The notes under the pieces were generated by a model, which saw only the letters and a list, made by a program, of their open reading frames with translations, ran no database searches and was not told the DNA's origin. The position numbers and the translations under genes are program-made. From an uncultured bacterium (GTDB lineage: Bacteria > CSSED10-310 > CAZUFC01), in assembly GCA_964619725.1 (NCBI GenBank), contig CAZUFC010000131.1, positions 1 to 21,458 of the forward strand: a stretch of 21,458 nucleotides of DNA, read 5' to 3'. This document shows positions 1 through 9,701 of this stretch, piece after piece; positions within the stretch are counted from its first letter, which is position 1; each line of letters begins with the position of its first letter.

Positions 1-330
1 TTCGGGGATGTCTCCCTTGCTGATCCGGTCAACGTATTCGGCAGCAACGTTCAAAGGATTTATCACAGCATCAAGCGTATCGTTTACGCCCTGAACGATT
101 TTGGCGTAGTCCCCGCTGAATTTGTCCACATCTCCTCGCGTATCCAGACGACCTTCGACTGCCGCTTCAGACAGCATTCCCGCTTCCGATATCAGTCCGT
201 TCACAGCATCTATGCACTGGTTAAGGTTGTTCTTGATCTCGTTGAAATCGCCCTTGTATTCGTCCGTTATCGGTTCGGGGATGTCGCCTTTGCTTATCCG
301 GTCAACGTATTCGGCAGCAACGTTCAAAGG
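1..330 (-). repeat. Intragenic HAMP-pair repeat, period 273 nt (91 aa)
   Basis: Near-identical ttcggggatgtc..ccggtcaacgtattcggcagcaacgttcaaagg at 1-57 and 274-330. Confidence 0.85.
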
Positions 331-945
331 TTGTATTACTGCATCAAGCAGTTCATTCATGTCATTAAACAGTATCTTGAAGTCCCCCGTCGCCTTGTCC
401 GGATCAGCCCTCTGGTCCAGCTTTCCGTCCTTTGCCGCATCAATCAGTATTTTCACTTCATTCAAAGCTTTTTTCTGATCCGTCAGATCGAAAATAACTT
501 CCATTCCGCCTGCAGGTCGACCCTCATCATCAAAAACGGCGCTGCAGCAAGCAGCTATAGGTATTTCTTTTCCCTCTTTAGTCCTGGCGATCGTTTCGCC
601 CACGATCTCCTCACCTGTCTTCATGCATTTTTTAATAGTGCAGTCTGCCGTACGACACAACGGCGTGTTGCACAAGTCCGCACACGACATCTTCCCCACG
701 ACTTCATCTCTCATATAACCTAATGCCCTCAGCGTGGCTTCGCTTATATTAGTTACCGTAAGATTCTCATCAACGACGAACATCGTCGTCGGTACGGCTC
801 GAATCAGCTTATCAAGTTCAAGAGTGTGCCCCTTTTTTTCTTCAGTCAATTTCTTCTCTCCTTTTTGTTTTTCATTTGTCGATTTGGTCCTACGGTTCCC
901 CCCGGGACCTTTACCGGCAGTCTTCTCTTTGCTTTTGACGGCCAT
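1..945 (-). CDS. PAS domain + poly-HAMP signal transducer, probably a methyl-accepting chemotaxis protein (5' part only; continues beyond window)
   Basis: Manual translation from ATG at 945 (GGAGG at 956-960): MAVKSKEK...LIRAVPTTMFVVDENLTVTNISEATLRALGY..EVVGK (PAS), then repeated LDAVIxPLNVAAEYVDRISKGDIPE / YKGDFNEIKNNLN units typical of soluble poly-HAMP chemoreceptors. Open for 315 codons to the window edge; the signalling domain is not visible. Confidence 0.85.
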   Translation of the reverse strand, partial: MAVKSKEKTAGKGPGGNRRTKSTNEKQKGEKKLTEEKKGHTLELDKLIRAVPTTMFVVDENLTVTNISEATLRALGYMRDEVVGKMSCADLCNTPLCRTADCTIKKCMKTGEEIVGETIARTKEGKEIPIAACCSAVFDDEGRPAGGMEVIFDLTDQKKALNEVKILIDAAKDGKLDQRADPDKATGDFKILFNDMNELLDAVIQPLNVAAEYVDRISKGDIPEPITDEYKGDFNEIKNNLNQCIDAVNGLISEAGMLSEAAVEGRLDTRGDVDKFSGDYAKIVQGVNDTLDAVINPLNVAAEYVDRISKGDIPE

Positions 946-1171
946 TTCTTATAAACCTCCTTAAAAAGATATTCTCACAAATATAATATTCGACCCATTC
1001 AACTCATGCGTTTTCTATGAGTTTTCAATAATACTGTCTTGTTGGAACCGTTTTTTGATACACCAGTACACAATCATAAAATTAATGCCAAACGTTGCCT
1101 TCCGCTATACTTGCGGAAGACGACCGATCAGCCCACTTTGCCTGTGGACTTCGTCCATTAACCCCCTATTT

Positions 1172-1187
1172 TACAATATCCGTGCCA
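1172..1187 (-). promoter_or_regulatory. sigma54 (-24/-12)-like promoter for the chemoreceptor gene
   Basis: Minus strand TGGCACGGATATTGTA matches TGGCACG-N4-TTGC except GT for GC at -12; oriented toward the ATG at 945. Confidence 0.6.
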
Positions 1188-1269
1188 GCTTCCGGTATTT
1201 CTCGTCCCGCAAATGAAATACCTGTTTTCCCCTTATAAATAATATGACGTATTTGCTGTGAAAGTATTT

Positions 1270-1472
1270 AGTTTTTGTCCATAAACGGCGAATTTTCCCC
1301 AATACTGCGTCTGGCTGCGGATTTGCTCAGTCAACGTATATGCATTACCCCTGCCTCGCAAATCCTTGTCTTAATTGCTTTAAGATAAATTCGCCCGTTT
1401 ATGGATCAAAAACCCAAGTGGCTGTCCAGCATTAAATTTTGAATCGAGATTCGAGTTTATGGACAGGCACTA
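1270..1472. mobile_element. Two adjacent MITE-like palindromic units
   Basis: Unit 1 has imperfect terminal inverted repeats tttttgtccataaacggcgaattt / aaattcgcccgtttatggatcaaaaa (about 1272-1411). Unit 2 has agtggctgtcca / tggacaggcact. tatttagtttttg occurs at both 1265-1277 and 1471-1483. The left half recurs at 6961-7037. Confidence 0.6.
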
Positions 1473-1685
1473 TTTAGTTTTTGGGCATTGATCAAAATTA
1501 GGCCCTTAGAGGTTGCAGTTTGATCAGCAAGAAATCTGCAAAAGGCCGGGTGATATCATGAATTCAAGACGCAATTGTGATTCCGTAAGAAGAAAAGCAA
1601 CCCCCGATACGCTAATGGGGATTTCACTCAATTAATTTTTTTGCAGGCAAAATCTGTTGCCTCGGTTTGATCAGTCACTTAAATT

Positions 1686-1976
1686 TTATTCATTATCGCT
1701 TCCGCAATATCCGTTTCCAGGACGACCGCTGCGCGCCATCTCCTTCAATCCTTCCAACCTGTCCTCATAAAACCTTTTACGCCATTTGCTCACGATCTGT
1801 CTCGGCATGTCGATCCTCGCTGCAATCTGATCGTTGGCCAGTCCCATCGCTGCATACAATATGATCTTCGCCCGGATCACATCCCGATATGGCAAAGTAT
1901 ATTTGCGGGCAATCCCCTGAAGCTCTCGTCTCTCCTCTTGCGTCAGCCTGATGGGATAGGGACTCTTTCGAGGCAT
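1686..1976 (-). mobile_element. IS630-family transposase N-terminal HTH fragment (no DDE domain)
   Basis: LTQEERRELQGIAR...RAKIIL...QIAARID...VSKWRKRF..DRLEGL...RSGRP is the IS630/Tc1 HTH signature; RBS-like aagggga; no catalytic ORF downstream. Confidence 0.8.
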
Positions 1977-2311
1977 AGTATCCCCTTGAAAACAGGAGCT
2001 TAATTCAGCAAACGTATGAGCGCCGAAAATTACTCAGACGCTCTTTCTATAAAAATTCCACATGTATAGTTCTACCCCTCTCACTCCCCCAGACTGATGA
2101 ATTTTAAAATCGAACCGAAACTTTTTACCGGCAATAAGAAGAATTCCAAAACCGCTTTTTTTTTAGCATGAAGATCAAACCATGTCAAAGGCAAACATCT
2201 ACTTCAGAGCAAAAAAAAAATCAGCCAACGGTTAATCCGTTTCTGTCCCTGAACGGCCGATTGCCCTCAATGCTGGAGCAGACTGCGGATTTGCCCGGTC
2301 AACGCATAACC

Positions 2312-2343
2312 AATCCGCTTACGCCAAGGCTTCAGCGAGACAG
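2312..2343 (+). repeat. 32-bp dispersed REP-like repeat, copy 1
   Basis: aatccgcttacgccaaggcttcagcgagacag; 30/32 identical to the reverse complement of 6930-6961. Confidence 0.75.
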
Positions 2344-2685
2344 ATTATACTTCCCTGGAAAATCCTTGCCTTCCTTGCCTTGAATATTATTATTCCGTTT
2401 GCGTATCAGATACCGCAGCGGTCCATAGGCTGGATAAAGGGTTCAGGTAAGCTGTAATTATGAATATACGTCATAGTATTTATTTACTTATGTGGGAGTC
2501 CGCCCTGGAAACGTGTTGCCGGCAGCCCGACTTGAAAGGCATCGCTCACGACAAGGATAAACACAGCATTTCTTCTATTATCAATAAATTAAAACACCTG
2601 TCCTGTCTCTTTATCCTGGATGACCAGTCGAATATTTTTACCGTGGAACATAATCACGAACAGATTACAGCTCCGAATTCTGCAT

Positions 2686-2703
2686 AAATACGGCGACGTA
2701 TTT
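2686..2703. promoter_or_regulatory. Perfect 7-4-7 palindrome AAATACG-N4-CGTATTT (candidate regulator site; variants at 1237-1254, 2464-2481, 2832-2849, 2985-2998)
   Basis: Seen directly; several related copies within 1.8 kb of mostly non-coding DNA. Confidence 0.5.
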
Positions 2704-3091
2704 TGCTTGCAGTGAAAACAGTGAACTTTGTTCTTTGATCCTGCGATTTCTTTGGCGAAGGAAATTTTCATGATAATTAAAACTCTTTCGCAAGCTGAAA
2801 TTTCAGTAACCTCTATGGATGATTGAAAAGAAAATATGTCATCGTATTTAACGTAAAATTTTTTAAGGCGACCGTCCGTTTTCAGCAGCCGGGCATTATT
2901 TTCTGTGCGCCAACAAGAGGGGATTTTCCAATTAAATCATTAAATTTCAATAATTTAAAAGTTTTTCATCAATTTCAGTCCGGTGTACGATATCGTACTG
3001 TAGTGTTTAAAAAACGGACATATCGATTCACATATTCACTTTGGAAATATTTATCTTATCCCGTCTGGCATTGCGGCGAGAAGGGCTAACT

Positions 3092-3853
3092 TTACTGAGC
3101 GTTATCCGATTCCATTCTTTTTTGGACTTTTTTCCATGATTCCGTAATAAGGAAACTTTCATCCATATCATTAACCATACGGACGAATTTGGACCACGGA
3201 GCGGCGAGCGTAAGGGTATGTGAAGGCACGCAAGGTCTGGCGGAAACGTCAAACATCCCGAGAACGGTTTTAGGATTGGGTAGGTCGATTTGCCGATAAG
3301 GATGTTGAATAATGGAGCCGCATCCGGCGCTGAAAGGGGCGATGACAGCATAGGTATCGGACTCGTCGAATCCTGCGAGCGTAAAAAGTCCTGAGAGCGT
3401 ATCCGGCGAAGCGAAGAATATGACGACGGCGGGTTCGTCCTGTTCATCCAGGTTGTCCCATCTTTTAAAGACGATATATTTGCCGGGCGCCTTAAAATCC
3501 GGCTGAGTCATCAACATTTCTTTTACAATTTCCGGCGACTTTTTATATCTTTCACCTTCCATAACGTTGGGGATGCCGCAACTGAGGAAATATTCGAATC
3601 CGTGCCGCAGATGTTGAGTGAAACCCAGGTATTTTTTAGCGCCTCCGCACGCTGCCGCCTGTTCATTGAACTGGAGAGACGCTCCGTTTCGAACCCTGGC
3701 CAAATCGCAAATGATGCACCGGTGTTCTTTAGCCGCAGGCATTGTATCTGCGTTTTGCTCTTCGTCAGCGTAATGAAATGTGATGGGCAGTTCAGCTCCG
3801 GGAAAATAGTTGTTCCATTTTTCAATAAAAAGACTTTTAAATTTCAGGTCCAT
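3092..3853 (-). CDS. DUF169 family protein
   Basis: 253 aa; ELPITFHY, CGGAKKYLGF, FLSCGIP..EGERYKKSPE, PFSAGCGSI and GMFDVSARP motifs recalled from DUF169 proteins; aggagg RBS. Confidence 0.8.
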   Translation of the reverse strand: MDLKFKSLFIEKWNNYFPGAELPITFHYADEEQNADTMPAAKEHRCIICDLARVRNGASLQFNEQAAACGGAKKYLGFTQHLRHGFEYFLSCGIPNVMEGERYKKSPEIVKEMLMTQPDFKAPGKYIVFKRWDNLDEQDEPAVVIFFASPDTLSGLFTLAGFDESDTYAVIAPFSAGCGSIIQHPYRQIDLPNPKTVLGMFDVSARPCVPSHTLTLAAPWSKFVRMVNDMDESFLITESWKKVQKRMESDNAQ

Positions 3854-3996
3854 AGCGATCCTCCTTGCCTGCTACTTTATAGGGAGCGAGAGTAAGATTC
3901 AAATTTTTTGAGATTCAGATGTGATGATGATGAGCGAGTGTTCGTAAATGGCTGTTGATCGGCGACTCCGGCAGCGGATTACGGTCAAAAGGCTTA

Positions 3997-4025
3997 TTGA
4001 CTGAAATTGTAATACTAAATAAAAT
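3997..4025 (+). promoter_or_regulatory. sigma70-like promoter for the MNT gene
   Basis: TTGACT-17 nt-TAAAAT, ending 26 nt before the ATG at 4052. Confidence 0.55.
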
Positions 4026-4051
4026 CAGGAGAGGAGAAGAAGGGTAGTATC

Positions 4052-4393
4052 ATGAAAACGGCATTCTGGAAATTAAAAAGAATTAAACGACGGGAAGCGA
4101 TCAGCAGAGAAGCGAAAAGGAAGGTCTGCTTAAGAGAGGTCAAAGCCGGGGTAATCGATTATTTTACTGCAGAAGGAATCGGAACAGCTTATCTTTTCGG
4201 GTCTCTTGTCGAGGAAAACGATTTCTATGATTGGTCGGACATAGATATCGCCATAGCCGGCCCTGTTAAAAAGGATTATTTTCGTATGCTTTCAGAAATT
4301 GAACGATTATTGAACAGAGACGTCCATCTTATTCTCCTCGAAGAATGCCCGTTTGCCGATTTTATCGAAAAGAGCGGAGTAAGAATGTTATGA
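4052..4393 (+). CDS. Minimal nucleotidyltransferase (MNT/MntA-like antitoxin)
   Basis: AYLFGS...SDIDIAI and RDVHLI motifs; 113 aa. Confidence 0.85.
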   Translation: MKTAFWKLKRIKRREAISREAKRKVCLREVKAGVIDYFTAEGIGTAYLFGSLVEENDFYDWSDIDIAIAGPVKKDYFRMLSEIERLLNRDVHLILLEECPFADFIEKSGVRML

Positions 4394-4503
4394 CTGGAAA
4401 AATGGAATTGCTTAAAGCGCTCATTAAACGCCAGGAAAGAATCATTGATCAGATACGACACAAGCTGCATCCACGGCTATGCCTTGTTTGGGATGGAGTA
4501 TGA
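4390..4503 (+). pseudogene. Probable truncated HEPN (HepT-like) toxin remnant
   Basis: ATGA overlap with the MNT stop. MTGKMELLKALIKRQERIIDQI is an amphipathic helix, and the frame then runs into the convergent ligase gene and stops after 37 aa. HEPN identity is inferred from position only. Confidence 0.45.
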
Positions 4504-6565
4504 AAGGATTGAGGTCGAGCTGTTCTATTTGCGGATACTTGATGGCGAATTGAGACAGCCGTTCGATAACAAAAGCGAGAAAATGGATATCATATGTGAT
4601 GTCTTTTCTGTAACCCTTCAGGAGTGGAAACCCCTGCAATTCTTTAATCATGGAGATCGCTTCTTTTTCGCTTAAAGGAGCTATACGCAAGGCGCTATCT
4701 TTGAATATCTCGGTATATACGCCGCCCAGCCCCGTCAGGATAACGGGACCGAAAGCGGGGTCTCTCTTTATGCCCAGGATCATCTCTATTCCCTGTTCAG
4801 CCATGGGCTGAAGGAGGAAACCTTCAATCTTGATCTGCGGATGATTTTTCTGCAGATATTCGTTCATTTCGATATACTTATTTTCCAGTTCTTCCGGACC
4901 TTTTATATCCAGGCTTATTCCTCCGATTTCGGTTTTATGAATGAGTCCCGGGGAGATCAATTTGAGCGCTGCGGGTTTGTTTATTTTTTCCAGTGCATCC
5001 TGCGCTTCTTCCAGCGTTTTAACGATATAGTAATCCGTGACGGGTATGCCGGAATTTTTCAGAAGTTCAAAGGTATCCTTTTCCGAGAGGATTCTTTTAC
5101 CGTTCGATTTATTCATTACGTCAGGATCAGCTGCGACGGCGATACGGGTTTTCGCTTCGATTTTTTCTCCTGTTGTCGATGCAATATGGCGACGATAAAA
5201 ATGCCTGTTATTATTCATGCATTCGAAAGTTTCTTCCAGATTGCTGAAAAGAGGATAATTCAATTCCTTTTGCGCCGCCTGTCTCAGGTTTTCGGGCGCA
5301 TACCAGACCACATAGGCAGGTTTTCCGCTTTGCCGGATATACCGGATGATTTCGGGCATGAAACTCATGCGATTGAAGTTGGTATAGACGTTTTCCCATT
5401 TCCATTGATTATCCAGTCTCGGCTGTTTCAGCATAATGAACACAGCGGCGTCAACGTTTTTTTCAGCGAGACCCAACCGGGCTATTTCGGGAATGACCTC
5501 AGGCGAATACACATCGCCCAGGTCTACCGGATTGGCCAGTTTAATGACGCCGGCGTGCATCCGGTCGACTTTTCGGTAAAACTCAGCAGACAGTTCGGCG
5601 AACTCGTAACCGTAACGTGCGCATTGGTCTGCGGCAATTACGGAATAACCGCCTGAGAGGGAAATAATCAGCAGCTTTTTTCCTTTGAGGGGCGGCAGGC
5701 GGAAACTTTTCGCCTGAGCGACCAGCCGGTTTAATGTACTTACACGGATAATTCCGCTTTGCTTAAATGCTGCGGAAACGACGTCGTCGTCATTAGCGAT
5801 GGCTGCGGTGTGGGACATGGCGGTTTGAGCAGTCAGGGGATGAACATGAGCCTTGCAGATTATGACCGGTTTATCGGCTTTACATCCCAGGCGCATCAAT
5901 CTCCTTCCCCTTTTAATGCTTTCCAGATAACAGCATATTGTTTCCGTTTCGGGATCATCCAGAAGATATTCAATATAATCGGTTTCATCCAGGTCGCTTT
6001 TGTTGCCCATGCTGATGAATTTGGATACTCCCAGGTTTTCATCCTGCATCCAGGTCAGCATACTCAATCCAATGCCGCCGCTCTGCACGGCCGCCGCCGT
6101 ATTGCCGGGAATAACCCTGGAAATGGGAAAAAAGGGAAGACACAGACCATTGGATGCATTGGCGACGGTCAGACCGTTCGGTCCAATGATCCGAATGCCT
6201 TGTTCCCCGGCTTTTTGCAGGATTTCTTTTTCCATATCCGCTCCGCTCCTGCCGTATTCAGTAAAACCGCCTGCAGGCAACGCTATCGTTTTTATTCCCT
6301 TGGCAGCGCATTGTTCGATTAATTCCGGAACCATCGCCGCCTTGACCAGGATGACCGCCATGTCCGCCGGCGCCGGAACATTTTCAAGCGTTCTATGAAT
6401 CTTTATTCCTTCAAATTCTCCGCCGCCAGGATGAACGGCTGATATTCGTCCCTTAAATTTCCATTCAATCAGATTCTCCAGAATGATTCTTCCCAGGTTC
6501 CTGTCTTCACTCGAAGCGCCTATCACCACAACATGCTCAGGATAAAAAATGTTTTTCAAGCTCAC
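4442..6565 (-). CDS. ADP-forming acetate/acyl-CoA ligase, fused alpha-beta (CoA-binding + ligase + ATP-grasp)
   Basis: VVVIGAS, RIIGPNG, SMGNKSDLDE, SHTAAIA (phospho-His), NPVDLG, HKTEIGGI, RDPAFGPVILTGLGG and LDLNP motifs; 707 aa; GTG start. Confidence 0.92.
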   Translation of the reverse strand: MSLKNIFYPEHVVVIGASSEDRNLGRIILENLIEWKFKGRISAVHPGGGEFEGIKIHRTLENVPAPADMAVILVKAAMVPELIEQCAAKGIKTIALPAGGFTEYGRSGADMEKEILQKAGEQGIRIIGPNGLTVANASNGLCLPFFPISRVIPGNTAAAVQSGGIGLSMLTWMQDENLGVSKFISMGNKSDLDETDYIEYLLDDPETETICCYLESIKRGRRLMRLGCKADKPVIICKAHVHPLTAQTAMSHTAAIANDDDVVSAAFKQSGIIRVSTLNRLVAQAKSFRLPPLKGKKLLIISLSGGYSVIAADQCARYGYEFAELSAEFYRKVDRMHAGVIKLANPVDLGDVYSPEVIPEIARLGLAEKNVDAAVFIMLKQPRLDNQWKWENVYTNFNRMSFMPEIIRYIRQSGKPAYVVWYAPENLRQAAQKELNYPLFSNLEETFECMNNNRHFYRRHIASTTGEKIEAKTRIAVAADPDVMNKSNGKRILSEKDTFELLKNSGIPVTDYYIVKTLEEAQDALEKINKPAALKLISPGLIHKTEIGGISLDIKGPEELENKYIEMNEYLQKNHPQIKIEGFLLQPMAEQGIEMILGIKRDPAFGPVILTGLGGVYTEIFKDSALRIAPLSEKEAISMIKELQGFPLLKGYRKDITYDIHFLAFVIERLSQFAIKYPQIEQLDLNPFILHPKQGIAVDAACVVSDQ

Positions 6566-6770
6566 TCTCTCCCCTTGTCAATGTTATTCTTTCAAGATCA
6601 TCAGTCTTGCTCCATCCGTTCATCCCATTCTAGCCTATCGCCGCAACCGCTTCAACCTTCAAATAGAGATGAATATCCCGCAATCTAAATCTAAATCGAA
6701 ACAAAATGATGGGAGATTCTTTAGAATTTTAACCTTAAATTCGGGTGCGGGCCTTAATAAAAAAGGACAA

Positions 6771-6824
6771 AGGGACCAAAGGGACCTAAGGGACCTAAGG
6801 GACGGAAGGGACGGAAGGGACGGT
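6771..6824 (+). repeat. 9-bp tandem repeat (AGGGACNNN) x6
   Basis: agggaccaa agggaccta agggaccta agggacgga agggacgga agggacggt, with a partial unit at 6763-6770. Confidence 0.9.
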
Positions 6825-6929
6825 ACACTTCTTTCAAAACTTTTTACAGTTTGTTTCAGTAATTCGGGTCGGCGTCGGTATCGTTATCGGAATATTTGAA
6901 TCTCGATTAATCAACGATCTTGTCAGCGC

Positions 6930-6961
6930 CTGTCACGCTGAAGCCTTGGCGGAAGCGGATT
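6930..6961 (-). repeat. 32-bp dispersed REP-like repeat, copy 2
   Basis: Reverse complement aatccgcttccgccaaggcttcagcgtgacag, compared with 2312-2343. Confidence 0.75.
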
Positions 6962-7037
6962 ATTGCTTATACGTTTACTGAGCAACTCCGAGGTTGACGC
7001 AGAATTGGAGGAAATTCACCGTTTTTGGACAAAAACT
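6961..7037 (-). mobile_element. Partial inverted copy of the MITE-like unit at 1270-1347
   Basis: tattgcttatacgtttactgagcaactccg..gacgcagaattggaggaaattcaccgtttttggacaaaaact aligns end to end with the reverse complement of 1270-1347; the terminal 26 nt differ at 2 positions. Confidence 0.7.
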
Positions 7038-7151
7038 TTTAAAGGGGCAATGTTGTACGCCGATTTTTTTGATTGGTTTGATCAGTTTCGTTTTACCTGA
7101 CCCAAGCTTCCATTATGCACTCAGCAGTTATGATTAAATATGATTGTCCAA

Positions 7152-7191
7152 AAAAGCCCGATACTCACTTTAAGATGAATATCGGGCTTTT
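7152..7191. terminator. Intrinsic (likely bidirectional) terminator after the collagen-like gene
   Basis: aaaagcccgatactca...tgaatatcgggctttt hairpin with A/T tracts on both sides, about 15 nt past the stop at 7206. Confidence 0.8.
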
Positions 7192-7205
7192 GTCGAACCG
7201 TTGAG

Positions 7206-9380
<2,175 letters not shown>

Positions 9381-9701
9381 CTCGTCATCTTCCTCCTCTG
9401 TTAAGGTTAAAATGAAATGTTACTTTTTGTTCGCGTGGTTGCAGCACGCCATCTATTTTCCCGGCATACCCGAATTTTTCCACGTAAGCCGAATTAAATT
9501 GCACGTTTGATATAGAAATCAGGAGTTTTAAAATCATGAGCAACTCGTTCGACAGATTTAGAAACGTCTTACTGTAGTTATTGATTTCCGCAGTGTTTGT
9601 CAAATTTTTAATTAAAATAATCCTGATGTTGTCCTCTTGAAAAATATATTGACAAAGCAGACGAAACTTATGAAGCTTAAAGCAGAAAGGAAATCTCGTC
9701 A

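Noticed and set aside
122-964. Plus-strand ORFs 122-478, 331-723 and 734-964
   Set aside because: Antisense shadows of the minus-strand PAS/HAMP gene.
1488-1675. Repeated TTGATCA/GTTTGATCAG words as FNR sites
   Set aside because: They do not form TTGAT-N4-ATCAA, and are too short to support a call.
2405-2650. GC-richer patch with several GGA motifs (possible CsrB/Rsm-like sRNA, 6S RNA or riboswitch)
   Set aside because: The GGA count is near chance expectation and I could not match any RNA consensus; needs an Rfam search.
2168-3089. Short ORFs in the 2.1-3.1 kb gap, including 2589-2771 (-) with CxxC and a VIQDKETGQV stretch reminiscent of FlaG
   Set aside because: No convincing RBS or family-length similarity, and they overlap repeats and palindromes; a small protein cannot be fully excluded.
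4841-6398. Plus-strand ORFs of 271, 187 and 132 aa
   Set aside because: Antisense to the well-supported acyl-CoA ligase.
6771-6824. Possible CRISPR array
   Set aside because: Units are 9 bp with no spacers, and there are no cas genes.
6549-6899. ORF with RDLRDLRDGRD repeats
   Set aside because: Simply the translation of the 9-bp tandem repeat; overlaps the ligase start in antisense.
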